Below are positions 1 through 8,360 of a DNA stretch of 64,000 nucleotides, piece by piece (the first letter of the stretch is position 1; each line of letters starts with the position of its first letter). The notes under the pieces are model-generated. The model ran no database searches. It had not been told where the DNA came from and worked only from the letters and a program-made list of their open reading frames with translations. Source of the stretch: Clostridiales bacterium (lineage in GTDB: Bacteria > Bacillota > Clostridia > Christensenellales > Aristaeellaceae); contig SFET01000007.1 in assembly GCA_004557125.1 (NCBI GenBank), forward strand, positions 31,561 through 95,560, read 5' to 3'. Position numbers and translations under genes: made by a program.

Positions 1-2
1 TG

Positions 3-236
3 ATCCGGGGCGAGGTTTTCAACAAGTACAAGCTGAACGCGTCGCTGTACGCCTTTACGGCGGCGCGCAACGACGGCCTCTGGGCGAGGGTGCTCGCGCG
101 CCTGGGCAGGTACAGCCAGCGGGACGGCGCGGCCATCCGCATCCTCGTGGACGGGGCGTTTGAGAAGCTCTGCGCGTGCAGGGCAAGCATGGAGGAAGCG
201 CAGGCCGTGATCGACAGGCTGGTGCGCGCCTTGTGA
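3..236 (+). CDS. 3' end of an unidentified CDS entering from the left edge (partial)
   Basis: Frame is open from the window edge to TGA at 234-236 (..IRGEVFNKYKLNASLYAF..AVIDRLVRAL*). Third codon positions are G/C-rich like neighbouring genes. No family recognised. Confidence 0.35.
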   Translation: MRGEVFNKYKLNASLYAFTAARNDGLWARVLARLGRYSQRDGAAIRILVDGAFEKLCACRASMEEAQAVIDRLVRAL

Positions 237-503
237 TCATCGGGTGCCCCGGATGAACTTCGGTCACGGGATCATCGTCGGGCCTGCCTTGCGGCAGGCA
301 GGGGGATTCGGGAATGAATTCATAGAAGAAAGTGTGCTGCGGGGACGGAGGTATCCGGCCCTTCGATGCCCGCAGGCGGCCCGGCATTTGCCGGGCCGCC
401 TTTGCAGTTTCGCTCAGGAAAGCTCCGGCGCTCGGCCGGGCGAAGTTGTATTTTGTCGGGATTTGTGCTATCATAAAACTACCTGTGCGAAAGAGGGAGT
501 TTT

Positions 504-1958
504 ATGCCGTTTTGCAGCTTTTCCGAGGGCGCGGCGATGTTCGACGTCACCCCCATTGAGAATATGTTCCTGCTGGAGTACCTGCCGGGCGCGCCGGGCG
601 ATGCCCTGCGGGTGTACCTCTATGCGCGCATGCTCTGTCTGCATCCCGAGCTGGGCGCGGGCATCGGGGACATCGCAAAGGCGCTGAGCATGGAGGAGGA
701 CGACGTTCAGGAGGCCTTCGCCTACTGGGAGCGCAACGGCCTGGTGGAGAAGCTGTCCGACCGGCCGCCGACCTACGCCATGCGCATGCTGCACTCCGAG
801 AGCTTCCACGACCAGCGCAGTCGCGAGGTGATCCGCTACAAGGAGCTGCGCAGCACGGTGAACAAGCTGTTTGAGGAGCGCGGCCTGGTGCACGAGAAGC
901 AGTTTCAGCTGCTGATCGACTGGATCGAGGATCTGCACTACACCGAGGCGGCGGCGCTGAAGCTGCTGGAGTTCGAGCTGAAGCAGCCCGGCGGAAAGAA
1001 GCCGCCGGCGGTGTTCAACCGGGCGGACAAGCGGGCCATCGCGTGGTCGGAGCGGGGCATCAGCACCGTGGAGGACGTGGAGGGCGCCATTCGCTACGAG
1101 GGCCGGATTTCGGAGCTGGCCAGCGTGGTGACGACGCAGCTCTCCCTGTACCGCGCGCCCACGGTGAGCGAGCTGGAGTGCGTGCGCCGCTGGGTCGGGG
1201 AGTGGAACGTGACCGAGCAGGATCTGCTGGACGCCTGCGCGGAGACCACCAAGTCCCGCGCGCCCTCCTTCGCCTATCTGGATTCCATCCTGCAAAAGCG
1301 CAGGCAGCAGGGCGATGGCGAGACATTCCGTCAGGTCAAGCGGGTGCTGGAGGAGCTGGGCAGGACCGGCACGAAGCCCACGCCGGAGCAGATGCGCATG
1401 TATCAGGGCTGGCTGGAGCAGGGCTTCGATGGGCAGACCATCCTGCTGGCGGCGGCCCAGTGCGCGCAAAAGGGCATGAGCACCTTCGAAAAGCTCAGCT
1501 GGATGCTCAGCGAGTGGGGCGGCGCCGGTGCGCGCAGCTACGATCAGGCCCGGGCCTATCTGGCCGAGCGCCAGCAGGTGAAGGCCGAGGCGGCGGAGCT
1601 GCTCAAGCGCGCGGGCCTGGGCGGAGAGCCCGGGCAGAGCACCCTGAGCCACTACGAGAAGTGGAAGGCTCGCTATCCTGCGGAGCTGATCGACTGCGCC
1701 GCGGAGCTGGCCCGGGGCAAGGCCCACGTGCTCAGCTACATGGACAAGCTGCTCGCCGGTTGGGAGCAGGAGGGCATCGCGACGCCGGAGGCGGCGCGGG
1801 CGCGGCACGCGCAGGTGGCGGGCGCAGCGCGGGCGTCGGAGGCGTCGAAGCAGGCCGCATCGGCGAACTTCCAGCAGCGCAGCTATACCCGGGAGGAGTC
1901 CCAAAGCGTGTATTTTGACCTTGCGAAATACTATGCTAAGGAGGATGAGGGCAAATGA
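504..1958 (+). CDS. DnaD-domain replication initiation/primosome protein (Firmicutes DnaB/DnaD-like)
   Basis: 484-aa ORF with AGAGGGAG Shine-Dalgarno 4 nt before the ATG. Repeated DnaD/DnaB_2-like modules (..SFAYLDSILQKRRQQG.., ..FEKLSWMLSEWG.., ..LSYMDKLLAGWEQEGI..). Its stop overlaps the start of the helicase-loader gene, as in dnaB-dnaI operons. Confidence 0.75.
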   Translation: MPFCSFSEGAAMFDVTPIENMFLLEYLPGAPGDALRVYLYARMLCLHPELGAGIGDIAKALSMEEDDVQEAFAYWERNGLVEKLSDRPPTYAMRMLHSESFHDQRSREVIRYKELRSTVNKLFEERGLVHEKQFQLLIDWIEDLHYTEAAALKLLEFELKQPGGKKPPAVFNRADKRAIAWSERGISTVEDVEGAIRYEGRISELASVVTTQLSLYRAPTVSELECVRRWVGEWNVTEQDLLDACAETTKSRAPSFAYLDSILQKRRQQGDGETFRQVKRVLEELGRTGTKPTPEQMRMYQGWLEQGFDGQTILLAAAQCAQKGMSTFEKLSWMLSEWGGAGARSYDQARAYLAERQQVKAEAAELLKRAGLGGEPGQSTLSHYEKWKARYPAELIDCAAELARGKAHVLSYMDKLLAGWEQEGIATPEAARARHAQVAGAARASEASKQAASANFQQRSYTREESQSVYFDLAKYYAKEDEGK

Positions 1959-2929
1959 CGAGGGCGGATTGCATTCGCGAGCTGCTTGCGGAATACGGGA
2001 ACCAGCGCGCGCGCAACGAGCTGGAGCTGGACGAGCGCATCGCCGAGGCCGGCGCAAAGGATCCGGAGATCCTGCGCTTGCGGGAGGAGAACACGCACCT
2101 GGCCTTCGACACCATGAAGCGCATCATGGCCACCGGCGATCCCGAGGCCTGCCGGGCGATGGCGGAGGACATGAAGCGGCGCGGACAGTTCAACAACGCC
2201 GAGATTCGCAGGCGCCTCAGGCAGCTGGGGCTGCCGGAGGACTATCTGGAGCTGCGCTACCGCTGCGGGATCTGCAAGGATACGGGCTATGTGGGGGATG
2301 CGCCGTCGCGCTTCTGCGAATGCTTTGAGCGTGCGCTGCGCGTCAGGCAGTACGAGGACGGCAGCATGGCGGGCACCGACGAGCAGTGCTTCGCCAATTT
2401 CGATCTGGGCCGCTTTCCCGAGGAGGGCGGTCAGCGGGCGCAGATGAAGAACCTTCGCCGCTTCTGCGAGGAGTATGCGGATGCGTTCCCCAATACCGTG
2501 CTGCCCAATCTGATCCTCTGCGGCGGAACCGGCGTGGGCAAGACCTTTCTGCTCAACTGCATCTATGAGCGTGTGGTCAGCCGCGGTCAGAGCGCAATTC
2601 GCGTGACGGCCTTCCGCATGTTCGAGGCCATGCGCCGGCAGCACTTCTCCGACGGTTCGAGCGAGCTGGACTTCGACCAGCTGCTGAGCGTGCCGCTGCT
2701 GCTGATCGACGATCTGGGCTCCGAGCCGATGATGCGCAACATCACCGTGGAGTACCTGTTCACACTGCTCAACGAGCGCATCGCCGCGCGGCGGCACACG
2801 GTGATCGCCACGAACCTCTCGGAGGAGGATCTCAGGCGGGTGTACGGCGAGCGGGTGAGCTCCCGCTTGCTGGATCGGTCCCGCTGCGCGGTGATGAAGC
2901 TCGAGGGAAAGGATCTGAGGCGGCTGTGA
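1955..2929 (+). CDS. DnaI/DnaC-type replicative helicase loader ATPase
   Basis: CGICKDTGYV zinc-type motif, Walker A GGTGVGKTFL, Walker B LLLIDDLG. ATGA overlap with the upstream gene. Confidence 0.85.
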   Translation: MTRADCIRELLAEYGNQRARNELELDERIAEAGAKDPEILRLREENTHLAFDTMKRIMATGDPEACRAMAEDMKRRGQFNNAEIRRRLRQLGLPEDYLELRYRCGICKDTGYVGDAPSRFCECFERALRVRQYEDGSMAGTDEQCFANFDLGRFPEEGGQRAQMKNLRRFCEEYADAFPNTVLPNLILCGGTGVGKTFLLNCIYERVVSRGQSAIRVTAFRMFEAMRRQHFSDGSSELDFDQLLSVPLLLIDDLGSEPMMRNITVEYLFTLLNERIAARRHTVIATNLSEEDLRRVYGERVSSRLLDRSRCAVMKLEGKDLRRL

Positions 2930-3459
2930 GGGGCGTTGCAGAGGAGGTCTGTGCCCGGCTGGATGCGATGGGCATCGACTATGAGATCGTGGAGCACCCG
3001 CCGGTGGAGACCATCGCGGACTGCGCGCCGGTGGAACAGCGGCTGCACGCGGTGGTGGCGAAGAATTACTTCCTGACCACGAAGAATCAGAAGCGCTTCT
3101 TTCTGTGCCTGGTGCGGCCCGACGCCCGCTTTCGCAGCGCGGACATTTCCAGACAGGCGGGTTCCTCCCGGCTGAGCTTCGCGACGGAGGAACAGATGGA
3201 GCGCCTGCTGCGGGTGCATCCGGGCGCGGTGAGTCCCATGGGGCTGCTGTTTGATGCGCAGCGGCAGGTGGAACTGCTGGTGGATGTGGGGCTGCGGGAC
3301 ATTGCGCGCCCGGCCTTCCATCCCTGCGACAATACCCGAACCCTGGCGATGGAAGGTTCCGATTTCTTCGGGCGTTTCCTGAAGGCGCTGGACAGGGAGC
3401 CGAAGTGGGTGGAGATACACGATTTTCAGCCGGTTTGTGCGCTGGATCCGGGAAAATGA
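2926..3459 (+). CDS. YbaK/ProX-type (prolyl-tRNA synthetase-associated) aminoacyl-tRNA deacylase domain protein
   Basis: 177 aa with a GTGA start/stop overlap. Family-typical blocks: ..GIDYEIVEHPPV.., ..KNYFL..KNQKRFFLCLVRPD.., ..HPGAVSPMGLLFD... Confidence 0.7.
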   Translation: MRGVAEEVCARLDAMGIDYEIVEHPPVETIADCAPVEQRLHAVVAKNYFLTTKNQKRFFLCLVRPDARFRSADISRQAGSSRLSFATEEQMERLLRVHPGAVSPMGLLFDAQRQVELLVDVGLRDIARPAFHPCDNTRTLAMEGSDFFGRFLKALDREPKWVEIHDFQPVCALDPGK

Positions 3460-3480
3460 ATTTTCCCGGGCAAGGCGGCC

Positions 3481-3510
3481 TTGACAGCGGCGAAACGAAT
3501 ATGGTATCAT
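3481..3510 (+). promoter_or_regulatory. sigma-A type promoter of the T-box/aminotransferase/tyrS operon
   Basis: TTGACA (3481-3486), 18-nt spacer, TGgTATCAT extended -10 (TATCAT at 3505-3510). Confidence 0.55.
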
Positions 3511-3516
3511 AGATCT

Positions 3517-3765
3517 CAGAATTTCAAATTCGGGCGATGAGGGAGAGAAGTACCCTGCGCCGCGGGCATGCAGAGAGCCTCCGGTTGGTGCGAGGAGGTC
3601 GAGGCGCGCGGGGGAAGTACACTCCGGAGCCGGACGGGCGAAGTGGCAGTAGTCCGTTCCGCATGGCGCACGATACGCGCCTTCAAGGCTGCCTTCGGGC
3701 AGCGAATGGAAGTGGTACAGCGGCAACAACCGCCTTCCCGTGCGCGGGGAGGCGTTTTTATTTTT
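3517..3765 (+). promoter_or_regulatory. T-box leader (tRNA-sensing riboswitch), probable Tyr specifier
   Basis: Stem I elements GAUGA/AGAGA/AGUA (3536-3553). Distal GGUGCGA (3587-3593). Candidate specifier context GAA-G-UAC-A (3614-3621). T-box sequence AAUGGAAGUGGUACAGCGG (3704-3722). Terminator at 3731-3765. tyrS lies downstream. Confidence 0.7.
3731..3765 (+). terminator. Intrinsic terminator of the T-box leader
   Basis: 10-bp stem CGCCUUCCCG/CGGGGAGGCG (one G-U pair), loop UGCG, followed by UUUUUAUUUUU. Confidence 0.75.
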
Positions 3766-3793
3766 CATGGGAACTTTGAGAGGAGGAGAGCCG

Positions 3794-4978
3794 ATGCGCT
3801 TTTCTGAGGAGTACTATGCCGATCAAATGAAGGGGATCAACGGCAGCGTGATCCGCGATATCTTCAAACTGCTGGGAGATCCGGGTATGATTTCCTTTGC
3901 GGGTGGAAATCCGTCCAACAACGCGCTGGAGCCGGAGGTGGTGCGCTGTCTCGTCTGCGAGGCCATCGACCGCTACGGCACGAACGCGCTGCAGTACGGC
4001 GGCACCGAGGGCCTGCCCGGGTTGCGCAAGGGCATTGCGGACTATCTGAGCAGCACCGCGGGCGTGCGCTGCACGGCGGACAACATCCTGCCGGTGCAGG
4101 GCTCCTCCCAGGCCTTCGACCTGCTTCTGAAGGCGCTGATCAATCCCGGCGACGTGATCCTGGTGGAGAGTCCCACCTTCCTGGGTGCGATTCAGGCCAT
4201 GCGCATCTACAAGGCGCAGCTCGTGGCCATGCCCATGGACGAGGGCGGCGTGATCATCGAAGAGGTGGAGAAGCTGGTGCAAAAGCACCATCCCAAGATG
4301 ATGTACATCATCCCCACCTTCCAGAATCCCACCGGACGCACGCTGCTGCTGGAGCGCAGGAAGGCGCTGGCGGAGATGGCGGCGAAGTACGGCTTCGTCA
4401 TCGCTGAGGACGATCCCTACCGCGACCTGCGCTACACCGGCGAGGCGCTGCCCTCCATCTCCTCCTTCGATGAGGAGGGCTGGGTGGTGTACATGTCCAG
4501 CTTCTCCAAGTACATCGCGCCGGGCCTGCGCGTGGGCGCGGCGGCGGTTCCCCATGCGGGCCTCTTGCGCAAGATGGTCATCGGCAAGCAGTCCTCGGAC
4601 GTGCACAGCCCGATCCTGACCCAGGCCATCGTGGAGCTGTATCTGGAGAAGGGCCTGCTGCCGGGGCATCTCGATCGCATCTGCGGCGAGTACCGCGCCC
4701 AGATGGAGGCCATGCTGGAGGGCTTCGCCTGCTTCCCCGAGGGCACGAAGCACACCGTTCCCCAGGGCGGCTTGTTCGTGTGGGCGGAGCTTCCCGAGGG
4801 CATGAACGCCACCGACGCGCTGAACCGGGCGGTTGCGCAGAACGTGGCCTTCGTGCCGGGTACCCACTTCTATCCCGAGGGCGGCCATGAGAATACTCTG
4901 CGGCTGAACTTCTCCATGCAGACGCTGGAGCGCATCCGCGAGGGCATGGAGCGCCTGGGCAGGGCCATCAAGGGATAA
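3794..4978 (+). CDS. PLP-dependent aminotransferase, class I/II (ARO8/2-aminoadipate-type; candidate aromatic aminotransferase)
   Basis: GAGAGGAGGAG RBS before the ATG at 3794. Motifs ..ISFAGGNP.., ..IIPTFQNPTG.., ..SSFSKYIAPGLRVG.. (PLP lysine context). The track ORF start at 3740 lies inside the T-box terminator, so it is rejected. Confidence 0.8.
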   Translation: MRFSEEYYADQMKGINGSVIRDIFKLLGDPGMISFAGGNPSNNALEPEVVRCLVCEAIDRYGTNALQYGGTEGLPGLRKGIADYLSSTAGVRCTADNILPVQGSSQAFDLLLKALINPGDVILVESPTFLGAIQAMRIYKAQLVAMPMDEGGVIIEEVEKLVQKHHPKMMYIIPTFQNPTGRTLLLERRKALAEMAAKYGFVIAEDDPYRDLRYTGEALPSISSFDEEGWVVYMSSFSKYIAPGLRVGAAAVPHAGLLRKMVIGKQSSDVHSPILTQAIVELYLEKGLLPGHLDRICGEYRAQMEAMLEGFACFPEGTKHTVPQGGLFVWAELPEGMNATDALNRAVAQNVAFVPGTHFYPEGGHENTLRLNFSMQTLERIREGMERLGRAIKG

Positions 4979-5017
4979 TTCAACAAAAATCATTTGAAAT
5001 ATGGAGTGAACACAAAA

Positions 5018-6250
5018 ATGAACGCATTGGATCTTTTGAAGGAGCGCGGCTTCGTAAAACAGATTACCTTTGAGGACGACCTCTACAAGGCCTTCGACGA
5101 GGGCATGGTGCCCTTCTACATCGGCTTCGACCCCACGGCGGACTCGCTGCACATCGGCCACTACATTCCGATCATGGCCATGGCCCATTTGCAGAAGGCC
5201 GGTCACAAGCCCTATGCCCTGATGGGCGGCGGCACCGGCATGATCGGCGATCCCTCGGGCAAGAGCGACCTGCGCAAGGTGCTCACCGTGGAGGACATCG
5301 ACAACAACGTCGCCCACATCAAGGAGCAGATGTCCCACTTCCTGGACTTCGACGAGTCCAGGGAGAACTGCGCGGTGATCGTCAACAACGCCGACTGGCT
5401 GCGCAACCTCAACTACATCGACTTCCTGCGGGACGTGGGCGCACTGTTCTCCGTGAACCGCATGCTCACCGCCGAGTGCTACAAGCAGCGCCTGGAGCGG
5501 GGCCTTACGTTCCTGGAGTTCAACTACATGCTGATGCAGAGCTACGACTTCCTGGAGCTGAACCACCGCTACGGCGTGAAGCTCCAGTGCGGCGGCGACG
5601 ATCAGTGGTCGAACATGCTCTCCGGCGCGGATCTGATCCGCCGCAAGGACCACGTGGACGCCTTTGCGCTCACCTTCCAGCTGCTTCTGACCCACGACGG
5701 CCGCAAGATGGGCAAGACCGAGAAGGGCGCGCTGTGGCTCGATCCCAACAAGTGCTCCCCCTACGACTTCTACCAGTACTGGCGCAACGTGGACGACGCG
5801 GACGTGGAGAAGTGCCTGGGACTTTTGACCTTCCTGCCCATGGACGAGGTGCGCCGCCTGGGCGCGCTGGAGGGCAGCGCCATCAACGAGGCCAAGCGCG
5901 TGCTGGCCTTCGAGGTCACCAAGAACGTGCACGGCGAGGAGGAAGCCCGCAAGGCCCAGCAGGCCGCGGAGGCCCTGTTCGGCGGCGGCGCATTGGCCGG
6001 CTCCGTGCCCACCACCGAAGTTTCCGCCGAGGAGCTTCAAGCGGACGCCCGCCTGCTGGCCTGGGTGGCCAAGGTCGGTCTGTGCAAGTCCAACGGCGAG
6101 GCCCGCAAGACCATTCAGGGCGGCGGCCTGTACGTGGGCGAGGACAAGGTCACGGATGTGGACTTCGCCATCACGCCCGAGATGCTGGAGGGCGAGGGCC
6201 TGCTGGTGCGCAAGGGCAAGAAGAGCTACCACAGGTTCGTGAAGAAGTAA
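5018..6250 (+). CDS. tyrS: Tyrosine--tRNA ligase
   Basis: HIGH motif (DSLHIGHY), KMSKS-type motif (KMGKT), C-terminal S4-like domain. The N-terminus [12 protein letters not shown] is typical for TyrS. Confidence 0.9.
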   Translation: MNALDLLKERGFVKQITFEDDLYKAFDEGMVPFYIGFDPTADSLHIGHYIPIMAMAHLQKAGHKPYALMGGGTGMIGDPSGKSDLRKVLTVEDIDNNVAHIKEQMSHFLDFDESRENCAVIVNNADWLRNLNYIDFLRDVGALFSVNRMLTAECYKQRLERGLTFLEFNYMLMQSYDFLELNHRYGVKLQCGGDDQWSNMLSGADLIRRKDHVDAFALTFQLLLTHDGRKMGKTEKGALWLDPNKCSPYDFYQYWRNVDDADVEKCLGLLTFLPMDEVRRLGALEGSAINEAKRVLAFEVTKNVHGEEEARKAQQAAEALFGGGALAGSVPTTEVSAEELQADARLLAWVAKVGLCKSNGEARKTIQGGGLYVGEDKVTDVDFAITPEMLEGEGLLVRKGKKSYHRFVKK

Positions 6251-6395
6251 ATATGGATGGACCGGGGCTTCGGCTCCGGTCTTTTCATGCCCGATTTGAG
6301 GGGGAAAATCGTGGGATTCCGGCGAAAGCGGCAACATTTTCCGGAGAAAAAACGTCCCATAAATATAGGAAGAATGTACCGAAGGAGGGAAAACC

Positions 6396-8348
6396 ATGTT
6401 CCGAAGGTGGATCTGCATACTGTTGACCGCGCTGCTGATGATGCCCCCGGCCTCGGCGGAACCCGCGTGGAGCACGGCGTGGGACCAGCTGGTGGAGCTG
6501 AAGGGCGAGGAAGCGCGCTATCTCGCCCAGCGGGGAAATCTGTGGTCGCTGGTGGACGGAGAGGGTCGCATTCTGAAGGAGGACTTCATCGCCTACTTCC
6601 CGGGCAGATTTGAAAACGGCGTCTCGTGGGCGCTTGGCGCAAACGAACTGTACGGCTACCTTCTGGATACGGGGGAGTGGCTCGTGAAGCCGTGCTTTGG
6701 CAATGCGTGGAGCTTTCAGAATGGCATTGCGCGCGTGAGCCTGAACGGCAAGTACGGCTATCTGCTGGACACGGGGGAATATCTGGTGGAGCCCTGCTTC
6801 GATGATGCAGAGTGGCAATTCTCCAATGGTGTGGCCCTCGTGCTCCTGGACGGAAAGTACGGCTACCTGCTGGACACGGGGGAGTACCTCGTGGAGCCCT
6901 GCTTTGACGAAGCGTGGGGCTTTGAAAACGGCGTTGCGCGCGTGTGCCTGGATGGGAAGTGGGGCTATCTGCTGGACACGGGGGACTACCTCGTGGAGCC
7001 GCGCTTCGACGATGTCGGTGCGTTTTTCGGCGGCTTTGCGGCGGTGTGCCTGGACGGCAAGTGGGGCTACATCGACGAACAGGGTGCGTTGCGGATTGAA
7101 CCCCGCTTCGAAAGCTGCGGCCACTTTTACAGCGGTAGCGCCGAGGTGGAGCTGGACGGCCTGTGCGGGCTGATCGATGAGAACGGTGCATACCTGATCG
7201 AGCCGAAGTACTATGGCATCAACAGCTTTGAGGGGAACTACGCCACCGTGGCGCGTCAGGGCGCATATGTGGAGGACGACGGCAGCATGGGCGATTATTA
7301 CGAATACATCTGGGGCGTGATCGATCGCACGGGCGCGCTGGTGCTCCCCATGGAGTACGATTCCATCGAGATCGATGTGGACGATTCCGTGGCCGTCGCC
7401 ACGCTGGGCGGCGAGACGCACTACTTCCACCTGAGCGGCAGCACCGCGGAGGAGGTGGCGCAGCTGGGCTCGTCCTTCGATCTTTCGGACTACTATCCCA
7501 ACGAGGGGAGCAAGGTGGCGGTTCTGGACGAGGCGGCGAACGTCCAGTGGTACGCGGACGCGACATTGCCCCGGCTGGACGGCGCGACGGCGCTGTTTCC
7601 GGTGTACTCTGCCATCGTGCAGGCGACCTATCCGCAGGATGTGCGCTACGGCGAAGAGGAGGAGGATCCGCTGGTGACCTGCACCAAGACCAACCGGGCC
7701 TACGAGCGGCTGATCGAGGGCGCTGCGGACGTGATCTTCTGCGCGGGGCCGTCGGAAGAGCAGCTGTGGGCTGCAGCGGCCGCGGGCGTGGAGCTGGAGC
7801 TGACCCCCTTCGGCGCGGAGGCCTTCGTGTTCACCGTGAACGCGGACAACCCGCTGGAGGACATCACTACGCAGCAGCTTCAGGGCGTGTACAGCGGCGC
7901 GATCACAGACTGGAGCGCGCTGGGCGTGGACGGCCTGGGCGGGATCGTGGCCTACCAGCGCCCGAAGAACAGCGGCAGCCAGACCGCGCTGGAAAAGCTG
8001 ATGGGCGATGTGGAGCTGATGACGCCGCCCCAGCAGCTCGTGACGGATGGAATGATGGACATTCTGGAGAACATCGAGTACCGCAACCTGCCCAACGCCA
8101 TCGGATACAGCTTCCGCTTCTACTGCACCGAGATGGTGGGCAGCGGGGTCAGGCTTCTGTCCATTGATGGCGTGGAGCCCACGGTGGAGAACATCCGCAG
8201 CGGGGCCTATCCCCACGTGACCACCCTCTATGCCGTGACCCGCAAGGGCGAGGACAATCCCAACGTGCAGATTCTTCTGGACTGGCTGGTCTCCGATCAG
8301 GGACAAAAGCTGGTGGAGGCGAGCGGCTATGTGGGAAATGCCGACTGA
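6396..8348 (+). CDS. Secreted WG-repeat (KWG-type) protein fused to a PstS/PBP-like substrate-binding domain
   Basis: Signal peptide MFRRWICILLTALLMMPPASA. At least 7 tandem G(K/L)(Y/W/C)G(Y/L)(L/I)D..G..L(V/I)EP.(F/Y) units. C-terminal PstS-like block (..LDGATALFPVYS.., ..QRPKNSGSQTA.., ..SIDGVEPTVENIRSGAYP..). Confidence 0.75.
   Translation: MFRRWICILLTALLMMPPASAEPAWSTAWDQLVELKGEEARYLAQRGNLWSLVDGEGRILKEDFIAYFPGRFENGVSWALGANELYGYLLDTGEWLVKPCFGNAWSFQNGIARVSLNGKYGYLLDTGEYLVEPCFDDAEWQFSNGVALVLLDGKYGYLLDTGEYLVEPCFDEAWGFENGVARVCLDGKWGYLLDTGDYLVEPRFDDVGAFFGGFAAVCLDGKWGYIDEQGALRIEPRFESCGHFYSGSAEVELDGLCGLIDENGAYLIEPKYYGINSFEGNYATVARQGAYVEDDGSMGDYYEYIWGVIDRTGALVLPMEYDSIEIDVDDSVAVATLGGETHYFHLSGSTAEEVAQLGSSFDLSDYYPNEGSKVAVLDEAANVQWYADATLPRLDGATALFPVYSAIVQATYPQDVRYGEEEEDPLVTCTKTNRAYERLIEGAADVIFCAGPSEEQLWAAAAAGVELELTPFGAEAFVFTVNADNPLEDITTQQLQGVYSGAITDWSALGVDGLGGIVAYQRPKNSGSQTALEKLMGDVELMTPPQQLVTDGMMDILENIEYRNLPNAIGYSFRFYCTEMVGSGVRLLSIDGVEPTVENIRSGAYPHVTTLYAVTRKGEDNPNVQILLDWLVSDQGQKLVEASGYVGNAD
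6640..7260 (+). repeat. Intragenic tandem repeats encoding WG units
   Basis: Near-identical about 105-108-nt units are visible, e.g. ggcaagtacggctatctgctggacacgggggaatatctggtggagccctgcttcga versus ggaaagtacggctacctgctggacacgggggagtacctcgtggagccctgctttga. Confidence 0.8.
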
Positions 8349-8360
8349 GGAGGTGTGCAT

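Noticed and set aside
3614-3621. Alternative specifier GUA (Val) in the T-box
   Set aside because: GUA would be followed by C rather than the conserved purine. UAC followed by A fits the rule and matches the downstream tyrS. This still needs a covariance-model alignment.
3758-6475. 905-aa minus-strand ORF spanning the aminotransferase and tyrS genes
   Set aside because: It lies antisense to two genes with unmistakable family motifs (HIGH/KMSKS, PLP Lys). The translation is low-complexity and Ala/Gly/Leu/His/Val-rich. This is a typical stop-codon-poor shadow frame in GC-rich DNA.
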